The notes below the pieces were generated by a model, which made no database searches, was not told the DNA's origin, and was given only the letters and a program-made list of their open reading frames with translations. 64,000 bases of DNA from a bacterium (GTDB lineage: Bacteria; JAAXHH01): positions 242,743-306,742 of the forward strand of contig CBDAUD010000002.1 in NCBI GenBank assembly GCA_965200485.1. Direction: 5' to 3'. Made by a program: the position numbers and the translations under genes. This document shows, in pieces, positions 55,875 through 64,000 of this stretch (position 1 is the first letter of the stretch; each line of letters begins with the position of its first letter).

Positions 55875-57314
55875 TTATTCGTACACCTCCACTTCGGGCG
55901 TGAAGGTCATGTCGGGATCAAGGGGATAGATGGGGCGAGAAACGAACCGGTGTCCCAGCGTGGGGATGTTGGGACTCGCGGCGCCTGGCGCGTCGATGGT
56001 GATGGTGCGTTCCGCCCAGTCGTCGTACCACTCGTCCGGCGTATGGGGCAGTTTCTTGACCACGACGTCGAAGCGTTGCGGGTCCTGGCCGAATGCGGGA
56101 TACATCCACCGGTCGCACAGCAGCGGTCCGTCCGCCGCGACGAAAAGGGTCAAGTTGCGGCATTTCAGCACCGCGATCGGGACTGCGTTCCGAAGGCCGA
56201 GCACTTCGACCGTAGCGGTTACCTTCACCGGGGTGAAGCGCGGGTCTCGCGTACCGCCCAGCGAGACCGTTACGGTCTGTCCGACGCCCGCGGCCATCGC
56301 GTGTTCGACGGCGGGATCGTCGCGGATCGGGAACAGCACGCTGCCCCGGTAGTCGCTGTCGAGGAACCCCTTGAGTATGGTATTGCTCGTACCCGGCGCC
56401 CCGGAACTGGTGGCGTCGGCGGCATCGGCGAAAACGACCGTTCCCGTCGCCTGCTCGGCGATCCGTATGCCTTCCTCCACACGGTGCAGCACGCATTGCA
56501 TGTGAGACCGCATCTGCCAAAAGCTGCGACCGACGTAAAGGGCTTCCCGCTCCGCCAGGGACCGATTGCCGTCTGCGATCACGACGACGCGTGATCCCTG
56601 CTCCGGGCAGTCCGTCGGCGGATGGCCCAGCATGATGCCTCCGGCCAGCACGTCGTCCCGTTCCTCCAGGCGTTCTAGGTGGCGAATGAACGTACCGTGC
56701 ACGCCGGTCGCCGTCTTCAGCTCGTCGCCCCGGACCATGGTGGGGGTATATACGCTGGCTATCACGGGGCGGGCGCCGTCGAGTATGCGCAGCAGCACGC
56801 CGGCGGCCCGCGCCCCGGTTTCGTACCAGTCGATGTGAGGATAGGTGTGCAGGATGCTACAGCCGTCCATGTGGGACAGCATACGCCTGGTAATGGTGCC
56901 GTGCATGTCGAAGGAAGCGACCACGGGTACCTGGGGTCCGACGATCCGGCGCACTTCCTGCAGGACGTATCCCTCCGGGTCCTTTTCTGTTTCCGCGGCC
57001 ATGGCCCCGTGCAGGTTCAGGTATACGCCGTCGGCGCCGGATTTGAGCCGGTCTACTGCTTCAAGCAATTCGGATGCGATCCGTTCAAAGCATGCCTGCG
57101 TAATCGTACCGCCCGCCCCCATGGCGGCGCTGTAGGTAGGTACGATCTCCACGTCGTCGCGGGCGGACAGCGTATCGACGGCTCCCCCGACCACCCCGTC
57201 CGGCTGTTCCAGCATCTCGTGACCGCGCAGGATGCCGAAATCTTCGTACACCGTATCGTTGGGATGGAAGTCGTTGGTTTCCTGGAAAAAGGTACCCATC
57301 AGGACTTTGGGCAT
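55875..57314 (-). CDS. M81-family metallopeptidase (MlrC/microcystinase C-like), intact paralog
   Basis: 479-aa ORF. N-terminus MPKVLMGTFFQETNDF, LNLHGAMAAE and SFDMHGTIT are colinear with the frameshifted copy at 30120-31584 (DUF1485 plus DUF1446 architecture). Confidence 0.75.
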   Translation of the reverse strand: MPKVLMGTFFQETNDFHPNDTVYEDFGILRGHEMLEQPDGVVGGAVDTLSARDDVEIVPTYSAAMGAGGTITQACFERIASELLEAVDRLKSGADGVYLNLHGAMAAETEKDPEGYVLQEVRRIVGPQVPVVASFDMHGTITRRMLSHMDGCSILHTYPHIDWYETGARAAGVLLRILDGARPVIASVYTPTMVRGDELKTATGVHGTFIRHLERLEERDDVLAGGIMLGHPPTDCPEQGSRVVVIADGNRSLAEREALYVGRSFWQMRSHMQCVLHRVEEGIRIAEQATGTVVFADAADATSSGAPGTSNTILKGFLDSDYRGSVLFPIRDDPAVEHAMAAGVGQTVTVSLGGTRDPRFTPVKVTATVEVLGLRNAVPIAVLKCRNLTLFVAADGPLLCDRWMYPAFGQDPQRFDVVVKKLPHTPDEWYDDWAERTITIDAPGAASPNIPTLGHRFVSRPIYPLDPDMTFTPEVEVYE

Positions 57315-57359
57315 GTCGCTCCGGTTTTCGCTGGGTTTGCCAGTACGGCCAGGCTGTGT

Positions 57360-58994
57360 TCAGTATCTTGAAGTATGCTCTTCCACTTTGGTGATCGTCT
57401 CGATCACGGCCGGCCGCCCTGTCTGGTTGGCTTCCACGGCCCGGCGGATTGCGGGGGCGATCTGGTCGGGCGCGACCACCTTCTCCGCGTGGGCGCCCAG
57501 TCCGGCCCCGATGGCGGCATAATCTCCTCCCAACCGGTTGCTTCCCCACCGTTCCGACGCGTAGGCCATGTGGTGATCGTAGTGCGTCATGACCCCGTTG
57601 TTCAGGACTACCGTGATGATGGGAATCTCCGACCGTACGGCGGTCTCCACGTCGAGGCCGGCCATGCCGAAAGCGGCATCGCCCATGATGTTGATCACCT
57701 GTTTATCGGGATCGGCAATCTTCGCCCCGATGGCCAGTCCCAGTCCGTAGCCGAGCTGCGTGGATGCGCCCCAGCCGATATAGCCCCGGGGCGCATCGGT
57801 GACCCAGAAGGGCGCGAGTTGTTCCCGGGGATAGCCGGAATCATGGGTGATGATCGTTTGCGCGGCGTCCACGACGCCTGCGATCTCGCGGAACACGCGG
57901 TACGGACTCAGGGGAACTTCGTCGGAACAGAACCGGGGTTCCCATTCGGCAAGCCAGGCCCGCTTCAGCCGTGCGATCTCGGGTATCGCGCCCCGATCGT
58001 CATCCCGCGCATTCCCGCCAAGTTGCCGCTTGGCTTCTTCCAGCATCTGCCGCAATACGACGCCGGCGTCGCCCACCGCCCCGTAGTCGATGCGATGCTC
58101 TTTGTTCACGTCTCCGTGGCTGACCACGCACTGGGCCAGCGTGACGCCCGGCGGGACGCTGGTCTTGAAACCGGAGGTCATACTCGTACCGATGCCGAGG
58201 AAGAAATCGGTCTTCTTCATGAACTCGGCCACCATCCGGGAGTGCGAGGCGGCGCCCGTGCCCAGGGACAGGGCGTGGGTCTCCGGAAAAGCGCTCTTGC
58301 CCGCCAGCGTGGTCATGACCGGGGTTTTTGTCCATTCCGAGAATTCGATCAGCGCATCGGTGGCTTTGGCGTACAATACGCCCTGTCCCGCGCTGATTAC
58401 CGGACATTCCGCCCGGAGCAGGGCGGAGACCAGGTCCCGGACATCCTCCGGGGAAGCGCCGCTCCTGAACGGTTTCACGGGCGTGTAGTCGAAGGCGCTA
58501 TCGGGTATCTCCTCCTCGCCCACATCGCCGGGAATCTCGAGCATGACCGGACCTGGCTTGCCCTGCTTCAGCAGGCTGTAGGCGCGTCCCATCATCTCCG
58601 GTATCCGGGCGGCCGAGTTGATGTTGGACACCCATTTGGTGATCCCGCGGTAGTTTTCTACCGATTCGAACGCCAGACCGGCGCCTGCGCGGGACCGCGG
58701 CGGACCGCCGGGCAGCAGCAGGACCGGTACGGAATCCGCATAGGCCTGCGCCACCCCGCCGAAGGCGTTCTCCGCGCCGGGTCCCATCTGCATCATGAAG
58801 ACCCCGACCGTGTCTCCGTTCCGTATCCTGCTGTATCCGTCCGCAATGTTCACGCCGGCCCGTTCCTGCCGGCAGAGTATGGGGCGAAGACCCTCTTTCG
58901 CGCAGGCGTCGATAAGGGGATGGTGCGGGAAGCAACTGAACCAGTCCAGCCCCTCCGCCTTCAGGATTTTTGCAATCGCCTCGTTGCCGGTCAT
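57360..58994 (-). CDS. Thiamine-pyrophosphate-dependent enzyme, acetolactate synthase/benzoylformate decarboxylase-like
   Basis: 544-aa ORF. N-terminal Pyr domain, central domain, and C-terminal PP domain with TPP-binding motif GDAAFGMAGLDVETAVRSEIPIITVVLNNG (GDG-X24-NN type). Confidence 0.85.
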   Translation of the reverse strand: MTGNEAIAKILKAEGLDWFSCFPHHPLIDACAKEGLRPILCRQERAGVNIADGYSRIRNGDTVGVFMMQMGPGAENAFGGVAQAYADSVPVLLLPGGPPRSRAGAGLAFESVENYRGITKWVSNINSAARIPEMMGRAYSLLKQGKPGPVMLEIPGDVGEEEIPDSAFDYTPVKPFRSGASPEDVRDLVSALLRAECPVISAGQGVLYAKATDALIEFSEWTKTPVMTTLAGKSAFPETHALSLGTGAASHSRMVAEFMKKTDFFLGIGTSMTSGFKTSVPPGVTLAQCVVSHGDVNKEHRIDYGAVGDAGVVLRQMLEEAKRQLGGNARDDDRGAIPEIARLKRAWLAEWEPRFCSDEVPLSPYRVFREIAGVVDAAQTIITHDSGYPREQLAPFWVTDAPRGYIGWGASTQLGYGLGLAIGAKIADPDKQVINIMGDAAFGMAGLDVETAVRSEIPIITVVLNNGVMTHYDHHMAYASERWGSNRLGGDYAAIGAGLGAHAEKVVAPDQIAPAIRRAVEANQTGRPAVIETITKVEEHTSRY

Positions 58995-59071
58995 GCGTGC
59001 TCCTTGACTGTTGCGCCGGCCCCGGAACCGTTGGCGGCATAACCGGGACGGGGCTTGCCGTGTTCCGCCGC

Positions 59072-59941
59072 CTACTCTCCTTCGCGCCGCGGCGCGGACA
59101 GGGTCTGCGCGTCGTCGTTGATCAACGGTCGGTTGTAGACATAGGGCGGTTCCAGTACGGATTGCTGCGCGGCCGTGAGTTCATTCGTCCAGTCCGGCAA
59201 TCCGGTTCGGTACACGCCGCCCGTGTAGTGCATGTACTTGGGTGTATACCGGTAGAACAGCGAGCGTCGCTCTCCCCGACCCTGCCAGGGCAGCGTCCCA
59301 TGGGTCGTCGCCTCGTTGAAAATCACCAGGTCGCCTGCGTTCATGGCAACATGGTGGACGATCTGCTGGTCGGCCTCGTACCGGGAGATGTTTTCCGGCA
59401 TGGGAAAATTGGCCTTGTGGCTGCCCGGGACGACGCACAGGCCGCCATCGCCCGGATGCACGTCGTTCAACTGGTACTGGCAGTTGATCAGTCCGCAGCG
59501 CATGGCGCCGTTGTGGTAGCGGTAAGAACGCGATCCGTTGAACTCCGCCTGCCCCGAACCGTGGAGACGCAGTCCCTCGGTACCCGCCGAAGAAGTAAAG
59601 ATGAAGGGGGTGTGGTCCAGCTTCCAGCCCCGGCCCAGCAGCGTGTTCAGATACGGGATGATCCGCGGATTGGCCAGGAGGTCGTAAAAGGGCCGGCACC
59701 AAGGATGGGGCCAGGTCAGCATGCCGTTGTAGAGACCGCGGAGCCGCTTGCCTTTCAGCGCCTCGCTCGTGCTGCTCGCCGTGTCGTCCTTTCGCTTGTC
59801 GCGGTTGGCGTCCAGGGCCTCGTTCAGCGCCCGGACCTGTTCCGCCGAAAGGGCCTTGCGCACCACAATGAAGCCCTGCAGGTCGAAGAGGTACTTCTCA
59901 TGGGGCGCCATGGTGGCGTACGATGTGGCGGGCTGTTCCAT
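59072..59941 (-). CDS. Phytanoyl-CoA dioxygenase (PhyH) family Fe(II)/2OG oxygenase
   Basis: 289-aa ORF. PhyH-like core (VHPGDGGLCVVPGSHKANFPMP; NEATTHG). Confidence 0.8.
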   Translation of the reverse strand: MEQPATSYATMAPHEKYLFDLQGFIVVRKALSAEQVRALNEALDANRDKRKDDTASSTSEALKGKRLRGLYNGMLTWPHPWCRPFYDLLANPRIIPYLNTLLGRGWKLDHTPFIFTSSAGTEGLRLHGSGQAEFNGSRSYRYHNGAMRCGLINCQYQLNDVHPGDGGLCVVPGSHKANFPMPENISRYEADQQIVHHVAMNAGDLVIFNEATTHGTLPWQGRGERRSLFYRYTPKYMHYTGGVYRTGLPDWTNELTAAQQSVLEPPYVYNRPLINDDAQTLSAPRREGE

Positions 59942-59977
59942 ACCGTTTGGGCGTTTGTCCGTCTTCGCCTTTGTATT

Positions 59978-60863
59978 TCAAATCCCCTCCCGGGGGGGAC
60001 GAACGACCGATTCGCCGTCATCCTCGATCAACGGCCGGTTGTAAATGTACGGCGGTTCGAGCACCGCGCGCTGGGCATCGGTGATTTCTTTCGTCCATTC
60101 GGGAATGCGGGTCTCGTAGACGCCGCCGGCGTAGTGCATGTACTTCGGGATGTACCGGTGGAGCACGCAGCGCCGTTCGCCCTTTCCCTTCCAGGGCAGT
60201 GCACCGTGGGTCGTCGCCTCGTTGAAGATCACCAGGTCGCCGGCCTCTACCGTGACGTGATCGAAGATCTCCTGGTGGTCCTCGTAATGGCGGACGTATC
60301 CCGGCATGGGGAAATTGGCCTTGTGGCTGCCCGGAATCACGGTCAAACCGCCGTCGCCCGGATGCACGTCGGTCAGGTAGAACTGACAGACGACCAGCCC
60401 GCTCCGCATCCGCCCGTCGTCGTACATGTAGTAGGTGGATCCGGCGAACATCCCCGTGCTGTTGCCGTGAAAAGGGCGTGCCCTGGGCGCCCGGTTTCGA
60501 AGTGAGCACGTCGATGTTGTGGTCGAGCTTCCAGCCCCGCCCCATCATGGTGTTCAGATAGGGCACCAGTTTCGGATGGGAGAGCAGGTTCCGAAAGGGC
60601 TGGCACCACGGCTGTTCCCAGGTAAGCATGCCCTCGTAGTGCACGTACTGCGTTTTCGGTCCCGCCAGCGGCGTGCCGTCCAGCGCGCCGCCCGGCCCGT
60701 GTTCGCTGGTGCGGTCCGGATTGGCGTCGAGGGCGTCGTTCAGGGCTTGCACCTCTTCGGCGGCAAGGAAGTTGCGCACCACGAGAAACCCCTGGAGATC
60801 ATAGAGGTACTTCTCGCGTTCGCTCATCATGGCGAAGTCTTCGGGATCGGCAAACATGGCCAT
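59978..60863 (-). pseudogene. PhyH-family dioxygenase paralog interrupted by a 1-nt frameshift in an A4 run (60470-60473)
   Basis: N-terminal part (MAMFADPEDFAMMSEREKYLYDLQGF...KLDHNIDVLTSKPGAQGTPF) is in one frame. The homologous C-terminal part (HGNSTGMFAGSTYYMY...VHPGDGGLTVIPGSHKANFPMP...) is in the adjacent frame. The junction maps to the aaaa run at 60470-60473. Colinear with the intact paralog at 59072-59941. Confidence 0.65.
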
Positions 60864-61263
60864 GTCGGAGTCTTGGCGTGTCGATGGAGCTCGGGGCCGG
60901 CCAGCGCGACTCGGCAGCATCCCGAGGGCAGTGACCTAAGCCTGATGGGACGAATGAAGCAAATATAAAACCCGGAGGCGGGAAGTCAAATGTTTACGGT
61001 CCTAGCGGGTGCGGGATCGGACCTAAAAACTCAGATCACAAAACCATGTCGGCAACAGGAGAACCACAGCGCAGGAGTGATGAATCTATCACATATTTCC
61101 GCTTCGTTCCGGGATTTCTTGCCAGGCAAAAGCGTACCAATTGGGTGTGTTGATTAGGGGAAACACCAGTCAGTGATGAACAGGCCGGGCTACACCCGAC
61201 CTGTTCCGACGGACTACACGTAAGCTATCCGTCCTGTTTTATTGATCAGCGCCTCTTGGACCG

Positions 61264-61890
61264 CTAGTACTTCACCGTACAACCATACGCCCGGGTCGTC
61301 TTGACCGGCACATCCTGCCCGGCAAGGGTGGCATCCAATGCCATGCTGACGTAGTTGTCTGCCTTGGGCACATCGGCGACGTCTGCCGAACGAATGCTGT
61401 CGATGGCGCCCATGTAGACCAGGGTGCCTTCCGGATCGATGACGTACATGTGCGGCGTGTGCGTGGCGCCATAGGTCCTGCCCACATCACCGCTTCCATC
61501 AAGCAGGTAGGCGTCCACGGTGGACGCATGCTTCTTCATGCGCGCGTGGATCTCATCGTTGGAGAAGTGTCCCTGCTTGCCCTCGGCCGAGGAATTGACG
61601 GCCAGCCAGACGACGCCCTGCTCGCGATACTTGTCCTGGATGCCCTGCATGTTCTTGCTGTTGTAGTGCTTGGCCACGAAGGGACAGTCGTAATTGATCC
61701 ATTCCAGGACCACGTATTTTCCGCGGTAGTCCGCAAGCGTGACGCTGTTTCCGTTGGTATCCGTCAGCGTGAATCCGGGCGCCGGATTGCCCACCTGGGC
61801 GTCCCCGCTGGCCATTGGCGATGAAACGTTTCCGAGCACGAACGCGGCGGCGATTGCCACCGCTATGGCTGGGATCAGGAACTTTCTCAT
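61264..61890 (-). CDS. Secreted thioredoxin-fold redoxin (TlpA/AhpC-TSA-like thiol:disulfide oxidoreductase)
   Basis: Start at MRKFLIPAIAVAIAAAFVLG (signal peptide), ATG complement at 61890 with GGGAGG SD. The CxxC is non-canonical (EWINYDCPFVAKH has a single Cys). The thioredoxin-like fold is inferred from the beta-alpha pattern. Confidence 0.7.
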   Translation of the reverse strand: MRKFLIPAIAVAIAAAFVLGNVSSPMASGDAQVGNPAPGFTLTDTNGNSVTLADYRGKYVVLEWINYDCPFVAKHYNSKNMQGIQDKYREQGVVWLAVNSSAEGKQGHFSNDEIHARMKKHASTVDAYLLDGSGDVGRTYGATHTPHMYVIDPEGTLVYMGAIDSIRSADVADVPKADNYVSMALDATLAGQDVPVKTTRAYGCTVKY

Positions 61891-62058
61891 GACAACCTCC
61901 CTTGGTATCCGAAATGGGATGTGTGAACAAGGATGCTGCAAATTGAAACAGACGCTGTAGATCGAATCCGGCAGAATGACCGGCTTGGCCAGCTGGACGC
62001 TCCTGCGAAACCTCCTTGTTTCCGGCTGAATCGCCGCTATTCCCGTGCAGTGGACCGG

Positions 62059-64000
62059 CTACCTCCTGGCTGAATCCCCGCTCTTCAACTTGCTTAGCGC
62101 GTCCAGCACCAGGCCGGGCGTAAGCAGTTCCGGCAGGATTTCCGGTTCGGCGTCCGGGCCGCCGGTATATAGCACGTACAACGGGACGCTGTTGCGACCG
62201 AATTCGGCGAGCGCCTGCGTGATCTCGGGGTCCCGCGACGTCCAGTCGGCCTGCACCGCGACCACGCCAAGGGCCTTGAACTGCTCCACCACTTGGCTGT
62301 CGTTCAGCGCCACGCGCTTGTTGACCTGACAACTCAGGCACCAGGCCGCGGTGAAGTCCACGAACACTGTTTTCCCCGATGCGCGCAGGTCTGCGACATA
62401 CTGTCGGGAGAAAGGCTCCCAGACGAGCTCCGTACGGTCGGATGCCGTCCCATCGGTCCCGTTCGCCCCGGTGATCCCTGACGTCCTTTCCGCCTTGGCC
62501 GGCGCGGGCACCTGGCTCAGCACGGCAGCCATGCTCGCGGAAATGATCGCCGCCGCGGCGACCCGGGCCGTCCATCTGGAACGGCTGCCGGCGGAGATGC
62601 TACCCCAGCGACCGAGCGTCCAGCTTCCGATGCCGACCATCACCAGCAGGACCATCACGAGGGCGACGAGGTTGGGGTCCGTCTGGAGGTTCAGCACCCA
62701 GATCAGCCAGACTACGGTGGCCATCATGAGGAAACCCATGAACTGTTTGAAGGTTTCCATCCAGACGCCGGGCTTCGGTACATACCGCAACAGGGCGGGA
62801 ACGGAAGACAGGATCAGGTAGGGCAAAGCCATACCCAGGCCCAGGAACCCGAAGATCGCCAGGGATTGTGCTGCCGACTGGGTCAGGGCATAACCCAGCG
62901 CCACGCCCATGAAAGGCGCGGTGCACGGCGTGGCCACGACCGTGGCCAGGACGCCGCTGAAGAAGGATCCGCCGAACCCGCTGCCCGAATCCAGGCGACC
63001 GCCGATCCCGACCAGCGACGTGCCGATTTCGAAGACACCGAAGAGGCTCAGGCCGAACATGAAGATGATGACAGACAAGATCACGAGAAAAGCAGGAGAC
63101 TGAAGTTGGAATCCCCAGCCCAGTTGCTCTCCACCGGCCCGCAGGGCGATCAGCACAGCCGCAAGTGCGAGAAAGGAGACCACGACGCCCGCGGTAAACA
63201 CGAATCCGTGTCGTCGGGCCGTTGCCGGGTCGTCGCCCGCCTGGTGGATGAATCCAAGCACCTTGATGGAAAGCACGGGGAGCACGCAGGGCATCAGGTT
63301 CAGGATCAAGCCGCCGATGAGGGCGAAAAGCAGGGCCTGCCATAGCCCCGTCACCAGCTCGTCGCTACCGGCCGTGCCGACTGCGTCGGCGGCCGCCGCC
63401 TTTTCCGTTTCACCGGAACCGACCGGCTGGATCGTCGCGATGGCCACCGGAAGTTCGTCCGCGTAGACCGCATTGACCGCCAGGGCGCGCTCCGACCCGG
63501 CGCCGCGCCATCCGTCCGGGGACAGCAGAACGCCCGTGATCTGTTCGGGAGGGGCCTTGTAGAAGCCCGACCGGCGCATCGTCAGCAGGTAGCCGGTTTC
63601 CGTTTTTTCCAGCTTCTGGGGAGAAACATAGTCGATCAGGTCTTCATTGTACGGAAAGAACTCGGCGCCGGCGAGGTTTCCGGGGAACCACGCCGGCGGA
63701 ACAGCGTGCAGCGCTACGGTGGAATCGGAAATGGCCGTCTCGATCTGCCATTCGGGAATCGGAACCGGAAGTTGCTCACGGGCGCGTGTGAATAGCGCCG
63801 TCCACCGCTCATCGGCCCCGGGCGCGTCGGTTGCAACAGGCAGCGTGACCTGGTAACCGGATTCTCCCGGAAGACAGATCTCGGCGCAGACCAGCCAGGA
63901 AGCGTAGGCTCCTATATCGACCGTGCCGCCCGCCTCCAGATCGGCCGGAGGCGTGATTTCCACGAGTAGCAGCGTCTCGCCCTCGTATCCGTAGCTGGCC
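62059..64000 (-). CDS. dsbD: Thiol:disulfide interchange protein DsbD (5'-partial; N-terminus beyond window end)
   Basis: Reading frame is open to the window edge. DsbD alpha-like region. Central 8-TM DsbD/CcdA core with paired Cys (LNLMPCVLPVLS ... VATPCTAPF). C-terminal thioredoxin domain with WCLSCQ (CxxC). Confidence 0.85.
   Translation of the reverse strand, partial: ASYGYEGETLLLVEITPPADLEAGGTVDIGAYASWLVCAEICLPGESGYQVTLPVATDAPGADERWTALFTRAREQLPVPIPEWQIETAISDSTVALHAVPPAWFPGNLAGAEFFPYNEDLIDYVSPQKLEKTETGYLLTMRRSGFYKAPPEQITGVLLSPDGWRGAGSERALAVNAVYADELPVAIATIQPVGSGETEKAAAADAVGTAGSDELVTGLWQALLFALIGGLILNLMPCVLPVLSIKVLGFIHQAGDDPATARRHGFVFTAGVVVSFLALAAVLIALRAGGEQLGWGFQLQSPAFLVILSVIIFMFGLSLFGVFEIGTSLVGIGGRLDSGSGFGGSFFSGVLATVVATPCTAPFMGVALGYALTQSAAQSLAIFGFLGLGMALPYLILSSVPALLRYVPKPGVWMETFKQFMGFLMMATVVWLIWVLNLQTDPNLVALVMVLLVMVGIGSWTLGRWGSISAGSRSRWTARVAAAAIISASMAAVLSQVPAPAKAERTSGITGANGTDGTASDRTELVWEPFSRQYVADLRASGKTVFVDFTAAWCLSCQVNKRVALNDSQVVEQFKALGVVAVQADWTSRDPEITQALAEFGRNSVPLYVLYTGGPDAEPEILPELLTPGLVLDALSKLKSGDSARR

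Noticed and set aside
57375-59042. 555-aa plus-strand ORF
   Set aside because: Antisense to the TPP-dependent enzyme gene, which carries a clear GDG-X24-NN TPP motif. Low-complexity Gly/Arg-rich translation.

Overview
This is a high-GC (about 64-66% by eye) bacterial chromosomal segment that uses Shine-Dalgarno sites. It is densely coding, with about 50 genes, and I found no rRNA, tRNA, CRISPR array, transposase or integrase. Fused lpxC-fabZ, the bamA-skp-lpxD-lpxC/fabZ-lpxA arrangement and the high GC suggest an FCB-group-like (Rhodothermota/Bacteroidota-related) or Gemmatimonadota-like diderm; this is inference only.

Housekeeping blocks: prfB with its conserved programmed +1 frameshift site; a tightly packed lysS-lolC/E-lolD-mcsA-mcsB-clpC operon; bamA-skp-lpxD-lpxC/fabZ-lpxA; pyrH, fabV, trmB, bcp, radC, an NfeD-SPFH pair and a redoxin-dsbD pair.

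Metabolic genes: four PhyH-family Fe/2OG dioxygenases in two tandem pairs, one of them frameshifted. Two M81 (MlrC-like) peptidases, one frameshifted. An M14 carboxypeptidase, an orphan family-5 ABC substrate-binding protein, an Ldh_2 dehydrogenase, an enolase-superfamily enzyme, an SDR, an OYE flavoenzyme, a neutral-ceramidase homolog and a TPP enzyme.

Most unusual region: an approximately 3.2 kb compositionally atypical island (about 2650-5950, visibly lower GC). It carries a single 920-aa orphan ORF with an unrecognised N-terminal domain, an acidic linker, a long helical TPR-like body and a C-terminal small Rossmann/CheY-like (DUF2325-like) module. A 400-bp repeat-rich leader precedes it. 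This is the best candidate for an undescribed, probably horizontally acquired single-gene system. A second small low-GC islet (about 16640-17600) encodes a coiled-coil hypothetical protein.

Other notable items: a perfect 3x24-bp in-frame tandem repeat in the LpxC-FabZ linker, and tandem direct repeats or palindromes in several upstream regions.
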